Source of the DNA: Gammaproteobacteria bacterium
GTDB lineage: Bacteria; Pseudomonadota; Gammaproteobacteria; CBDBNL01; JAAOII01
Assembly: GCA_965209035.1 (NCBI GenBank)
Contig: OZ242372.1
Location: 768,001 to 832,000, forward strand
DNA length: 64,000 bases
Reading direction: 5' to 3'
In this document: positions 41,229-51,418 of the stretch, piece after piece
Position numbering within the stretch: position 1 is the first letter of the stretch
Layout of the letters: each line of letters begins with the position of its first letter
Position numbers and translations under genes: made by a program
Notes under the pieces: model-generated
Databases searched by the model: none
What the model was told of the DNA's origin: nothing
The model's input: only the letters and a program-made list of their open reading frames with translations

Positions 41229-41972
41229 TTTTTCTTATAGTTGTCGGGGTTTCTTTGATCTTGCCGGGACATGTTACAGTTGCCACATCTCCAATCCAAA
41301 AATTGATGCGTATCCGGGTCATGATGCCGATGCCCGGCACCTTTCAGGTACCTTCCCAAACACGATTGCAAACGGAACATTTGTCACCGGAGCTCGGGCG
41401 GGGAGGCATTTTGTCTTTGTCTCGATCAAAAACTTTTTGTCTAATCTTGTCCGTTTGTTTTTGGCAACTTTTGCATAAAGCATTGGAGCGCATTAGGTAA
41501 CCCTTGCTCTCAACTCTTGTCTGATAATAAGAAAATTAATTCGCGGGAAGCATTTTTCCGCACTCGCGGCACTCTAATGGCTTTTGTGGGATTCCATGCG
41601 TTAATATAAAACTGATGGCGTTTGGTTTCTTCTTTTTGTAATTTTCCAACACAGTATTGTGCGTCTTAGAATTGGTAAGTAATTTACTTTTTATTAACTT
41701 CTCTATAAATATTAATACGTCCTTCCTCTTTATTTTTGGGAATTATATACAATACTCCCCAATTTGATCCATACTTTATTTCACTAAATCACAATACTTG
41801 ATCCGTTTGCCCCGAAGGGCAATACAAAGGGATTTCAATCGATCTAAGGTATCAATCGCACAATTTGTTTTTTCTTCTTGTCTTCATAGTGGTATGAATA
41901 CCATTATTATACTGTGAAATATTTACTTTTTAAGGTTGGGGAGTATTGTATATAATTCCCTTATTTTTTCAT
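41215..41972 (-). pseudogene. His-Me finger (endonuclease VII/Hpy99I-like) zinc-finger endonuclease pseudogene, probable cognate restriction enzyme
   Basis: Manual translation: ...PLECRECGKMLPAN*FSYYQTR...NALCKSC...PSSGDKCSVCNRVWEGT[frameshift]HRHHDPDTHQFLDWRCGNCNMSRQ...NETQ*. Four CxxC pairs; the 3' end overlaps the MTase ATG; interrupted by a MITE. Confidence 0.72.
41738..41960 (-). mobile_element. 223-bp IS1595-derived MITE
   Basis: Perfect 25-bp IRs GGGAATTATATACAATACTCCCCAA; 8-bp target duplication TTATTTTT (41730-41737 and 41961-41968); interior encodes a transposase-like C-terminus DTLDRLKSLCIALRGKRIKYCDLVK*. Confidence 0.9.
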
Positions 41973-42012
41973 ATTAACGCATTAATAAGTTCGCCGCATA
42001 CGGTGTTTTCTT

Positions 42013-43113
42013 TTACCGAAAGGCAGGGCGCAAAATGCGGTCGTAGAAGCTGTGAGTCAGTTGTTGTGCCGTCCCATCCAAAAGACGATTCAGGTAATCC
42101 ACTTTAGGCGAATAGTCAATAAAATTGTCCATACCGGTTCTGTCCCGCGCCACCGAACGCAAACTCCCCAGCCCGTCTATTAACCCCAAGTCCAGCGCGC
42201 GCTCGCCGTTATAGATGTAGCCGGAAAAAATATCCGGGTCATCGCTGAGCCTATCACCCCGCCCTCGCTTGACATCCGCGACAAAGTTGTCATAAAGTGC
42301 ATCCAGCACCTGCTGCCAGAAAACTTCTTGGTCGGGTTTTACCGGCGCAAAGGGATCCAAAAATGCCTTGTTTTCGCCGCTGGTGTAGAGTCTTCTTTCC
42401 AACCCGAGTTTTTCAATCGCCTCTTCAAACCCGAACCCGCCGGAAATGATGCCGATAGAACCGACCAGACTGCTGTCATCCGCATAAATCTCATCCGTGG
42501 CGGATGCGATATGATAAGCGGCCGATGCCGCCAACTCGTCAACTACCGCATAAACTTTCTTCGCCGGATATTCCGCACGCAGACGCATCAGTTCGTCATA
42601 AATACGACCGGAATGCACCGGACTGCCGCCGGGGCTGCTGATGGACAGAAATATTGCCTTACTGTTCTTATTTTCAAAAGCACGCCGCAGGCTGTCGTTC
42701 ATGAGGCCGGAACTAATGAACCCGGCGGAACCTCCTCCGCTCGCGACAATACCTTTCATTTGAATCAATGCCAAATGCTCTCCTTGTTTTGGATAGAACT
42801 CCTTGTAAACATTGAACTCCAATTGCTGGCACCGGGCAATCAGAACCAGAACAGATAAAAAAATGAGTAAGTAAACCAAGCGAAAAAAGATCTTCCAGCG
42901 GCGTTCGCGCGCGCGTTCTCGCAGAGAATAGGTCAGAGTTTTTTCGATAACATCCCAAACATCACCGGTCTTCGCCGACGAACGGCCAAAACCGAATAAC
43001 TTTCTTTTGGAAGAAGAATCGCGCGGCGTTGTTTTTCTCTTCTCCCAAGGTCGCACCTTGGTCCCCTTGGCGGGGTTAGCGGACAAACCTTCTTTTGAAT
43101 TCTCTTCTTTCAT
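42013..43113 (-). CDS. sppA: S49 family peptidase (signal peptide peptidase SppA-like)
   Basis: TM helix, ISSPGGSP, AASAAY, VGSIG, G.NK.FLDPF, GLIDGLG. Confidence 0.9.
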   Translation of the reverse strand: MKEENSKEGLSANPAKGTKVRPWEKRKTTPRDSSSKRKLFGFGRSSAKTGDVWDVIEKTLTYSLRERARERRWKIFFRLVYLLIFLSVLVLIARCQQLEFNVYKEFYPKQGEHLALIQMKGIVASGGGSAGFISSGLMNDSLRRAFENKNSKAIFLSISSPGGSPVHSGRIYDELMRLRAEYPAKKVYAVVDELAASAAYHIASATDEIYADDSSLVGSIGIISGGFGFEEAIEKLGLERRLYTSGENKAFLDPFAPVKPDQEVFWQQVLDALYDNFVADVKRGRGDRLSDDPDIFSGYIYNGERALDLGLIDGLGSLRSVARDRTGMDNFIDYSPKVDYLNRLLDGTAQQLTHSFYDRILRPAFR

Positions 43114-43147
43114 TTATATAACCAAAAATTTACGACAGATACAAAAA

Positions 43148-45808
43148 TCAAGCGGCAAGACGAGACAGCACATAAGATAATATACCGCCGTGCTTGTAAT
43201 ATTGAACTTCCTGCGGCGTGTCTATGCGCACCCGGGCATGAAAAGAGACGGTCGTGCCGTCCGGCGCAACCGCAAGCACCTCAACTTCTTTTGCCATGCC
43301 ACCGTCAATTCCGCGAATGGTATAGACTTCTTTGCCGGAAAGTTTCAGGGTCTCGGCACTTTCGCCGTCCCGGAATTGCAATGGCAAAATACCCATACCC
43401 ACCAAATTGGTGCGATGAATACGCTCAAAACTTTCGGCAATCACCGCGCGCACACCGAGTAGTTTCGGCCCTTTTGCCGCCCAGTCTCGGGAAGAGCCGG
43501 TGCCATATTCCTTACCCGCAATAATCAAACAGGGAACCTTCTCTTTTTGATAGAGCATGGCGGCATCGTAAATACTCGTATCCTTGCCATCGGGCAGATG
43601 CACCGTGACCCCGCCTTCGCTGCCGGGCAAAAGTTTGTTGCGCAATCGGATATTGGCAAAAGTGCCGCGCATCATCACCTCGTGATTGCCGCGCCGCGAA
43701 CCGTAAGAATTAAATTCTTCGAGCGGGACTCCCAGTGATTTCAGATAATCGCCGGCGGGACTTTCCTCTTTAATAGAGCCGGCGGGGGATATGTGATCTG
43801 TCGTCACCGAATCGCCCACAAAAGCGAGCACTCTGGCGTTCTCCACCGTTTCGCGCCTCGCGTTCTCATTTTCCCCGCCCGCGAAAAAAGGCGGCTTGCG
43901 CACATAACCGGATGCGTCATCCCACTGATAGTTCGCCGATTTCGCCACATCTAACTTCGCCCAGTTTTCTTCGCCGTCAAAAATCGTGCCGTAGGTTCTT
44001 GTAAATTGGTCGCGCATCACCGATTGACGAATCAACTCGTCCAACTCTTTGTTGGATGGCCAGATGTCTTTTAAGAAAACATCCTCGCCTGTCTTGCTCT
44101 TACCCAGCGGTTCGGTATACAGATCTATGTCCATTCGGCCGGCAAGCGCATATGCCACCACCAACGGCGGCGATGCCAGATAGTTCATTTTTACTTCCGG
44201 ATGCACTCGTCCTTCAAAGTTACGGTTTCCCGACAAAACGGCACAGGCGGCCAGGTCTTGCTCTTTTATTCCCCGGGATATTTCGGATGGCAAAGGGCCG
44301 GAATTGCCGATGCAGGTAGTACAACCATAGCCCACCAAATTAAAACCGAGTTCTTTTAGGTATGTGTCCAGACCGGATTTTGCAAGATACTCGGTTACGA
44401 CCCGAGAACCCGGCGCCAAGGATGTCTTGACCCAGGGGCAACTCTTCAAACCGAGTTCCGCCGCTTTCTTTGCCAGCAATCCGGCACCGAGCATCACGGA
44501 CGGATTGGATGTGTTCGTACAAGAAGTGATGGCGGCAATCACCACGGAGCCGTCGCGCAGTTCAAATTCCTTGCCGCTATTCTTGTCCGTGATACGCGCA
44601 ACCCCGTCGGATGCAAACTCTTTCAATGCCGTCAAAAAACTTTGCTTGGATTCGCGCAGCGGCACCCGATCCTGCGGGCGTTTGGGACCCGCCAAACTGG
44701 GTTCCACATCTGCCAGGTTCAGTTTCAAGTGCTCGCTGTAGTTTGTATGATTGTCCCGCTCCCCGTCACTACCGTGAAACATCCCCTGTGCCTTGTAGTA
44801 TGCTTTGGTCAACTTGACCAGTTCTTCGCTGCGGTTACTGATCCGCATATAATTCAATGTTTCTTCGTCTATCGGAAAGATGCCGCAGGTGGCTCCGTAT
44901 TCCGGCGCCATATTGCCAATCGTTGCCCGGTCCGCCGGCGACATATTCGCAAGCCCGCTGCCGTAAAACTCAACAAACTTACCAACCACACCGTGGTTGC
45001 GGAGCATCTCCACCACAGTCAACACAATATCCGTGGCGGTAACACCTTCGGCCGGTGCGCCGCTGATTTCAAACCCAACTACCTTGGGCACCAGCATAGA
45101 TATCGGCTGACCGAGCATCGCCGCCTCGGCCTCAATGCCACCGACCCCCCAACCCAGGACACCCAGGCCGTTAATCATCGTGGTGTGCGAATCCGTGCCC
45201 ACCAAAGTATCCGGATAAACATATCCGTCCTTAACAAACGCAATCCGAGCCAGATACTCCAAGTTAACTTGATGCACTATGCCGGCTCCGGGCGGCACAA
45301 CCTTAAAGTTGTTGAACGCTTCCTGCCCCCACTTAAGAAACTGATAACGCTCGCCGTTGCGCATATATTCCAATTTGGTATTAAACGCAAGGGCTTCGGC
45401 ACTGCCAAACTTATCCACCTGCACCGAGTGATCCACAACCAACTCAACCGGTTGCAGCGGATTAATCTTTTGCGGGTCCTTTCCTTTGTCTTTCATCGCA
45501 TCGCGCATGGCCGCCAGATCGACGATAGCGGGAACGCCTGTAAAATCTTGCAAGAGAACACGCGCCGGTCTGTAAGCGATTTCCACGCTCGGCTCCGCCA
45601 GCGCATCCCAGTTGCTGAGTTTTTCAATGTCGTCCTTGGTCACTGTCTCCCCGTCTTCAAAACGCAAAAGATTTTCCAAAAGAATTTTCAACGAAAAAGG
45701 AAGTTTCTCCGCACCCGGAACCTTATTAAGATCATAATATTTATAGGACTTTCCATCCGAATGCACTTCGCTCAATGCATCGTAGCTGTTTTTATTTTTA
45801 TGGTTCAT
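43148..45808 (-). CDS. acnA: Aconitate hydratase A
   Basis: [58 protein letters not shown]. Confidence 0.98.
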   Translation of the reverse strand: MNHKNKNSYDALSEVHSDGKSYKYYDLNKVPGAEKLPFSLKILLENLLRFEDGETVTKDDIEKLSNWDALAEPSVEIAYRPARVLLQDFTGVPAIVDLAAMRDAMKDKGKDPQKINPLQPVELVVDHSVQVDKFGSAEALAFNTKLEYMRNGERYQFLKWGQEAFNNFKVVPPGAGIVHQVNLEYLARIAFVKDGYVYPDTLVGTDSHTTMINGLGVLGWGVGGIEAEAAMLGQPISMLVPKVVGFEISGAPAEGVTATDIVLTVVEMLRNHGVVGKFVEFYGSGLANMSPADRATIGNMAPEYGATCGIFPIDEETLNYMRISNRSEELVKLTKAYYKAQGMFHGSDGERDNHTNYSEHLKLNLADVEPSLAGPKRPQDRVPLRESKQSFLTALKEFASDGVARITDKNSGKEFELRDGSVVIAAITSCTNTSNPSVMLGAGLLAKKAAELGLKSCPWVKTSLAPGSRVVTEYLAKSGLDTYLKELGFNLVGYGCTTCIGNSGPLPSEISRGIKEQDLAACAVLSGNRNFEGRVHPEVKMNYLASPPLVVAYALAGRMDIDLYTEPLGKSKTGEDVFLKDIWPSNKELDELIRQSVMRDQFTRTYGTIFDGEENWAKLDVAKSANYQWDDASGYVRKPPFFAGGENENARRETVENARVLAFVGDSVTTDHISPAGSIKEESPAGDYLKSLGVPLEEFNSYGSRRGNHEVMMRGTFANIRLRNKLLPGSEGGVTVHLPDGKDTSIYDAAMLYQKEKVPCLIIAGKEYGTGSSRDWAAKGPKLLGVRAVIAESFERIHRTNLVGMGILPLQFRDGESAETLKLSGKEVYTIRGIDGGMAKEVEVLAVAPDGTTVSFHARVRIDTPQEVQYYKHGGILSYVLSRLAA

Positions 45809-45980
45809 AGTTTTATATTTGTATCACTTTTATCTTACAATATTTTTTACCACTTTGGATATAAAGGATATAAAAATCGTTCTTTGTTCCACTTTTTGTC
45901 TTGACTTTTTAACCTCACAGTAGGCATACCCGACAGAGCGCATATTAATTTAATTGGACGGCTAAAAAGCATTTAATCGG

Positions 45981-47228
45981 CTAATCGGTCGCATCTTGCC
46001 GGATGGATCCCCGCACTTCTTTTAGATATTCCAGTCGCGCCGCACGGATGCGTTTGGCGATCGTTTTTTTGTCGCCCTGGCGGGCAATCTCCGTTACCGA
46101 AAACTGCCGAAGTTTTTCGGCAGTTTCTAGGAGTATTTCATCCTTGCCGTAAACAAAATCGGTACTCCTTCCCTCTATGCCGAGAGCATCCGCCTTTGCC
46201 ACCATCGCAAATTCTTTGATTCTGTTCGGGCGCCGCCACAGATCGAAGGCTTCGCATAACTTAAGCAGCGTTGTGTCCCGCAACTCGTTCACCCTATGAC
46301 AATGTGTGTGATATCGACAACTTAGCATCGCCAGATCGCGCATCTCTGTGGGGACACGCAGGCGTTCACACAGTTTCTCCGCCAACCGAACGCCGCGCTC
46401 CTCGTGTCCGTGGTGACTCGGCAAAATGTCTTTCGGTGTTGTGCCCTTGCCCAGATCATGACACAAAGCGGCGAACCGCACCGTCGCGCGCGCGCTGAGT
46501 TTTGCCGCCTGCTCCAAGACCATCATCGTATGTAGCCCGCAATCCACTTCCGGATGCCATTTTTCCGGTTGCGGCACACCGAACAGAGCGGCAATCTCCG
46601 GATACCAGGCATCCAGACCGCCGACTTCTTGCAGTGCGGTAAAAAAGATCCAAGGCGAATCGGTCTTCAATGCCTGTTCCGTCTCTCGCCATACTCGTTC
46701 GGCACTTAAGGTTGTCAGTTCATCGCCGGCTGTCATCTGCTTTAGCAAAGTTTCGGTTTCCTCCGCCAGACGGAATCCAAGCGAATGAAACCTTGCCAAA
46801 AAGCGCGCCGCCCGCAAGATCCTGAGCGGGTCCTCGGTAAATGCCGGCGATGTGTGTCGCAGCACCCTGTTATTCAAATCGCTTTGCCCGCCGTAAGGAT
46901 CTATGAGATTTCCGTTTTCGTCGGTTGCCATCGCATTGATCGTCAGATCGCGCCGCCTGAGATCTTCCTCCAGACTAACATCCGGTTGGGCATAAAATAC
47001 AAATCCTTTGTAGCCCTGTCCGTGTTTGCGTTCGGTACGCGCCAGCGCGTGCTCTTCTTTGGTTTTCGGATGCAAGAATACCGGAAAATCTTTGCCTACG
47101 GGTTGAAACCCTTCGGCAAGGAGGTCTTCCGGCTTGGCACCCACCACCACCCAATCTCTGTCTTTGACCTCCAGGCCGAGGAGTTTGTCTCGCACCGCAC
47201 CGCCGACAATGTAACGCTTTGCTTTCAT
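45981..47228 (-). CDS. cca: Multifunctional CCA-adding enzyme with HD domain
   Basis: [41 protein letters not shown]. Confidence 0.96.
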   Translation of the reverse strand: MKAKRYIVGGAVRDKLLGLEVKDRDWVVVGAKPEDLLAEGFQPVGKDFPVFLHPKTKEEHALARTERKHGQGYKGFVFYAQPDVSLEEDLRRRDLTINAMATDENGNLIDPYGGQSDLNNRVLRHTSPAFTEDPLRILRAARFLARFHSLGFRLAEETETLLKQMTAGDELTTLSAERVWRETEQALKTDSPWIFFTALQEVGGLDAWYPEIAALFGVPQPEKWHPEVDCGLHTMMVLEQAAKLSARATVRFAALCHDLGKGTTPKDILPSHHGHEERGVRLAEKLCERLRVPTEMRDLAMLSCRYHTHCHRVNELRDTTLLKLCEAFDLWRRPNRIKEFAMVAKADALGIEGRSTDFVYGKDEILLETAEKLRQFSVTEIARQGDKKTIAKRIRAARLEYLKEVRGSIRQDATD

Positions 47229-47366
47229 TATGGTAACCGAATTAATCTATGACAATTAGGGCAACCTATGGCGGCGCCTCCCTTTCTTACAATGAAACGG
47301 ACAGAACGGTATGAACGAGAAAAAACGGGAGAAGCAAGCGATAACATCCTTATAAATTATAACCAT

Positions 47367-48143
47367 ATGGCAAACCGGACAAAACATCGCTTACATTACC
47401 CGGGCACACTGGGGCGGGATGCCGTCTTGACCCCGGATGCCGGACAGGGGCATTACCTGACAAGAGTTCTGCGGCTCGGAGCGGGCGACCGTCTGTGTCT
47501 GTTCAATGCAAAAGACGGGGAATGGTTGGCGGAAGTAATCGAAGCGGACCCGACGGGTTGCAAACTGTGTGTCCCGGAAAAGGTTGCAAACTATACAAGA
47601 AGCCCGTTACGGGTTTCTCCGGGTCAGGTGATCGCCCGTGGCAACCGGGCAGATTGGGCCATTGGCAAAGCCACCGAATTGGGAGTGAACGAAGTTTGGC
47701 CGCTGTTCAGCGAGAGATGTCAGGTGCATATCGCCCCACAATCCATCGGCGGCAAGCAACGCAGATGGCAAGAGATCGCCAACGAAAGTGCCTGCCGGTG
47801 TTTGCGGACGGATCCGCCGAAGGTGAGGCCGCCGCAGACACTTGGCACGTTTCTGACACAAGACGGTTGCGATGCCAAAATTGTGATGCATGAAAGTGCC
47901 GATGATTCGGCGCGGAGAATTAGCAAATTGCTTAACCCGGTTGCCCGGCAAAACCCGGCCGGGTTTTCATTGGCATTGCTTGTGGGACCGGAAGGGGGGT
48001 TTAGCGAAGGTGAAATTGAATCCGCCGCGGGTCTCGGTTTCCGTCCCTGGCAACTCGGTCCCCGTCTGTTCAGAACCGAAACCGCCGCGCCGACGGCTCT
48101 GGCGGTGTTGCAGTATTTATACGGAGATCTCGGCGAACAATAA
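47367..48143 (+). CDS. rsmE: 16S rRNA m3U1498 methyltransferase
   Basis: HYL.RVLRL, KATELGV, VGPEGGFS, LG.RL.R.ETA. ATG at 47367 preferred. Confidence 0.92.
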   Translation: MANRTKHRLHYPGTLGRDAVLTPDAGQGHYLTRVLRLGAGDRLCLFNAKDGEWLAEVIEADPTGCKLCVPEKVANYTRSPLRVSPGQVIARGNRADWAIGKATELGVNEVWPLFSERCQVHIAPQSIGGKQRRWQEIANESACRCLRTDPPKVRPPQTLGTFLTQDGCDAKIVMHESADDSARRISKLLNPVARQNPAGFSLALLVGPEGGFSEGEIESAAGLGFRPWQLGPRLFRTETAAPTALAVLQYLYGDLGEQ

Positions 48144-48154
48144 GGGGCATCTAT

Positions 48155-48203
48155 GTTTTTGGGTTTTTAGGTTTTTGGGTTTTTGGGTTTTTGGGTTTTT
48201 AGG
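48155..48203. repeat. 8-bp tandem repeat (G/A)GGTTTTT, ~6 copies
   Basis: Read directly between the convergent rsmE and mdh genes. Confidence 0.88.
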
Positions 48204-48349
48204 CAACTTGCTGTTAAGGTAAAAGTCGCCCGCTATCCCCGCCCGCAAGAAGCGGAGCGATAACCGGGAGCCTGTGATGACGCAGCCGCGGTTTGTTTTT
48301 TATGCTTCCTATCAGTAAGAAGGAAAAGAAAGACGGGGGCTTTTGATTT

Positions 48350-49381
48350 TCAGGGAATAAGATGTCGCACCGAGTCGCGCTCTTCCAATAATTCGGTCTG
48401 TGATTTCTCCATTCCGGCGCGACTGAACTCATTAATTTCCAGATCTTTAACGATCCTGTATTCGCCGTTGGCACATGTCACCGGATAGGAATAAAAAATG
48501 CCCTTACCCAGGTCATACTCGCCGTTGCCAAAAATTGCCATACTGGTCCAATCATCGGCACTATGATCTGCTAGGATGGCAGACATTTCGCCGCAGCTCC
48601 CATCATCAGTGGAGGTACCGAGTTGCCAGTCGCGCATAGCACAAAGTGCGGCATTGGCGGCACTGGCGGCACTGGATGCGCCGCGCGTTTGAATAACCTC
48701 TGTGCCGCGTTTTTGCACACGCGGGATCATCTCCTGTTGATACCAGGTGTTGTCAATCAATCCCAAAGCCGGTTTGTAGTCGATTGTCGCATGATGAATG
48801 TCGGGGAACTGCGTAACCGAGTGATTACCCCAAACAATGACACGCCGAACATCGGCGTTGAGATGTTCGCTCTTCATCGCAAGTTGGGCTTGAGTCCTAT
48901 TATGGTCAAGACGCATCATCGCGCTGAACCGGTTCGATGCCAGGTCCGGCGCATTGGACATAGCGATCAGCGCGTTGGTATTGGCGGGATTGCCAACTAC
49001 CAAAACTCGCACATCGCGGGCGGCCACTGCATTGATCGCCTTCCCCTGAACGGAAAAAATCTCGGCATTGGCGCCGAGTAAGTCTTTGCGCTCCATCCCG
49101 GCACTTCTGGGTCTGGCGCCGACCAAAAAAGCAAAATTGGCATCCGCAAATGCCACATTCGGGTCGGCGGTGCAGACCGTTTTATGCAATAGAGGGAACG
49201 CACAGTCGTCCAACTCCATCGCAACTCCCTTAAGCCCGTCAAGGGCTGCCGGAACTTCCAACAGATGCAAAATAACCGGCTGGTCCTTGCCTAACAATTG
49301 CCCGCTGGCAATCCGAAAAATAAGCGCATAACCGATCTGTCCGGCTCCGCCGGTGACCGTCACAATTTGAGGTTGTTTCAT
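48350..49381 (-). CDS. mdh: Malate dehydrogenase (MDH type 2)
   Basis: [43 protein letters not shown]. Confidence 0.95.
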   Translation of the reverse strand: MKQPQIVTVTGGAGQIGYALIFRIASGQLLGKDQPVILHLLEVPAALDGLKGVAMELDDCAFPLLHKTVCTADPNVAFADANFAFLVGARPRSAGMERKDLLGANAEIFSVQGKAINAVAARDVRVLVVGNPANTNALIAMSNAPDLASNRFSAMMRLDHNRTQAQLAMKSEHLNADVRRVIVWGNHSVTQFPDIHHATIDYKPALGLIDNTWYQQEMIPRVQKRGTEVIQTRGASSAASAANAALCAMRDWQLGTSTDDGSCGEMSAILADHSADDWTSMAIFGNGEYDLGKGIFYSYPVTCANGEYRIVKDLEINEFSRAGMEKSQTELLEERDSVRHLIP

Positions 49382-49513
49382 AATGCTTCTATTATACTTT
49401 TATGCTTTTACTTTAACCCGATGACGCTTAAGAAAAAAGAAGTTTCCTCATAATTGAAAACCGCGAAGGACCGGATACCGCGCCTGGCCCGCCCCGGATC
49501 GCGCACTTCCATT

Positions 49514-50641
49514 TCACTTATATTCCCCTTTATCTTCTCTCAGATTGGGGGCATTGATGAGCAAGCGGAGAAGTGGCCTATGAACATAATAATAAGATCT
49601 GGCATGATATTTGTTTTCTTCTACCATGCCTATTTCTTTTAGAATACCGATATACTTGATCGCAGTTAGAGGTGAAATCCTCAGCTCGGTTGTCAAGAGT
49701 TTGCGGGTGATGATCGGATATTGAAAGAGTGCATTGAGTAGATCCTGGCTGTAAATTTTCGTTTCGTTTCGCAATCGGTCTTTTTGCTCCCGCATCAGTT
49801 CCTTTATCTTGGATATGGTTTCCAGGGTTCCGCGCGCGGTGGTATCCGCCGCACGCAGGATGTATGCAATCCACTCGCGCCAGGTTTCGGCATCTTGTCG
49901 CAACCTCACTTTCTGCAAAAGTTCATAGTATTTGGCTTTGTTGTGCGTAATGTAGCGACTGAGATATAGGATAGGGCTATCCAGCAGACCGGCCATGATG
50001 AGATAAAGAATGCAGATCATCCGCCCTGTTCTGCCTTTGCCATCGTAAAAAGGGTGAACGCTCTCAAATTGATGATGAATCAACGCCATTCGGACCAAGG
50101 GATGCAGGTCGTCCAATTCGCCCTGCTTGGTATTAATGTATTCCAACAGGTTGTTGAGCAGGGAAAGAATTTCTTGCTCATCTTGCGGCGGTGTGTAAAC
50201 GATCTCGCCGCCGCTGTTCTTAAGCACCGTGCCGGGAAGTTTGCGAATGCCCGCATTATTGGCAAGCAGTTTTTCTTGTATGGCACAAAGGAGATCCAAC
50301 CTGAAATGCCCTTCTTCCTTTATTGTTTCGTATCCGTGAAGCATGGCGGGGATATAGTTGTGAACTTCCTTGGCGGCGGGATTTTGAGAACCCATTTTTG
50401 CTCGTGCCATAAACAGATCGTCGTGGGTCGTGATGATGTTTTCTATTTCGGAACTGTCCTTTGCCTCCTGTATGGGTAAAGTGGAAAGCAGTATACTTTT
50501 GTTGGGTATGGACTCGGCCATGCCCTTTAGTTCGGCAAGGCTACTGCGAGCGTCCCCCAATAACAGAGCCAGCCGTATATCCATTAATTTTAATGATAAC
50601 GGAAGGCACTCTATTTGGGCAACTTGAGTATTGATCGTCAT
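49514..50641 (-). CDS. Fic family protein (class II) with probable C-terminal HTH
   Basis: N-terminal inhibitory motif SSEIEN, HHQFESVHPFYDGKGRTGR, PILYLSRYI; C-terminal ...ELRIS.LTA.KYI..L. Confidence 0.9.
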   Translation of the reverse strand: MTINTQVAQIECLPLSLKLMDIRLALLLGDARSSLAELKGMAESIPNKSILLSTLPIQEAKDSSEIENIITTHDDLFMARAKMGSQNPAAKEVHNYIPAMLHGYETIKEEGHFRLDLLCAIQEKLLANNAGIRKLPGTVLKNSGGEIVYTPPQDEQEILSLLNNLLEYINTKQGELDDLHPLVRMALIHHQFESVHPFYDGKGRTGRMICILYLIMAGLLDSPILYLSRYITHNKAKYYELLQKVRLRQDAETWREWIAYILRAADTTARGTLETISKIKELMREQKDRLRNETKIYSQDLLNALFQYPIITRKLLTTELRISPLTAIKYIGILKEIGMVEENKYHARSYYYVHRPLLRLLINAPNLREDKGEYK

Positions 50642-50672
50642 AAGAGGTAATTGGTGTTGTTATACCAATAAG

Positions 50673-51359
50673 TATACATAAAAAATGGTAAAAAGTATAT
50701 AACCTTCCAAAAGATTATATAAAAAATAGTAAAAAGTATATAAACCTTCAAAGGAATGTATAAAAAATAGCAAAAAGTATATAACCTTCTAAAAGATTAT
50801 ATAAAAAATAGTAAAAAATATATAAACCTTCAAAGGAATGTATAAAAAATAGCAAAAAGTATATAACCTTCCAAAAGATTATATAAAAAATGGTAAAAAG
50901 TATATAACCTTCCAAAAGATTATATAAAAAATGGTAAAAAGTATATAACCTTCCAAAAGATTATATAAAAAATAGCAAAAAGTATATAACCTTCTAAAAG
51001 ATTATATAAAAAATAGCAAAAAGTATATAACCTTCCAAAAGATTATATAAAAAATGGTAAAAAATTTATAGATATAGTATGAACTACAAACAAATAGCAT
51101 AAAAGTTTATAGATATAGTATGAACTACAAACAAATAGCATAAAAGTTTATAGATAAAGGACTATCTATAAAGAAATACCAAAAAAGTTTATAGATGAAG
51201 GACTATCTATAAAGAAATGCCGAAAAAGTTTATAGATGAAGGACTATCTATAAAGAAATGCCGAAAAAGTTTATAGATGAAGGACTATCTATAAAGAAAT
51301 GCCGAAAAAGTTTATAGATGAAGGACTATCTATAAAGAAATGCCGAAAAAGTTTATAGA
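50673..51359. repeat. Array of ~17 palindromic 41-bp units in four sequence classes
   Basis: Anchor (G/A)T(A/T)TATA recurs at 50695, 50736, 50777 ... 51351 with an exact 41-bp period; very AT-rich; non-coding. Confidence 0.96.
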
Positions 51360-51418
51360 CAAAAAAGCCTTTTCCGGTTCGGTAAACGCATGCATCCCGT
51401 CAATTGCAGACGGGTCTC

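Noticed and set aside
39212-41960. Composite IS1595 transposon carrying the methyltransferase
   Set aside because: The MITE has its own IR pair and target duplication, and the end at 39212 has a different sequence and flank, so the two elements are independent insertions.
44642-45904. 420-aa + strand ORF
   Set aside because: Antisense shadow of acnA with no recognisable motifs. The same applies to most short overlapping ORFs in the track.
50673-51359. CRISPR array
   Set aside because: The variable parts are only ~12 nt, are themselves repeated and are part of the dyad. There are no unique 25-45-nt spacers and no cas genes in the window.
50673-51359. Replication origin or plasmid iterons
   Set aside because: No DnaA boxes, rep, dnaA or par genes were seen nearby; the context is ordinary chromosome. 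Not fully excluded.
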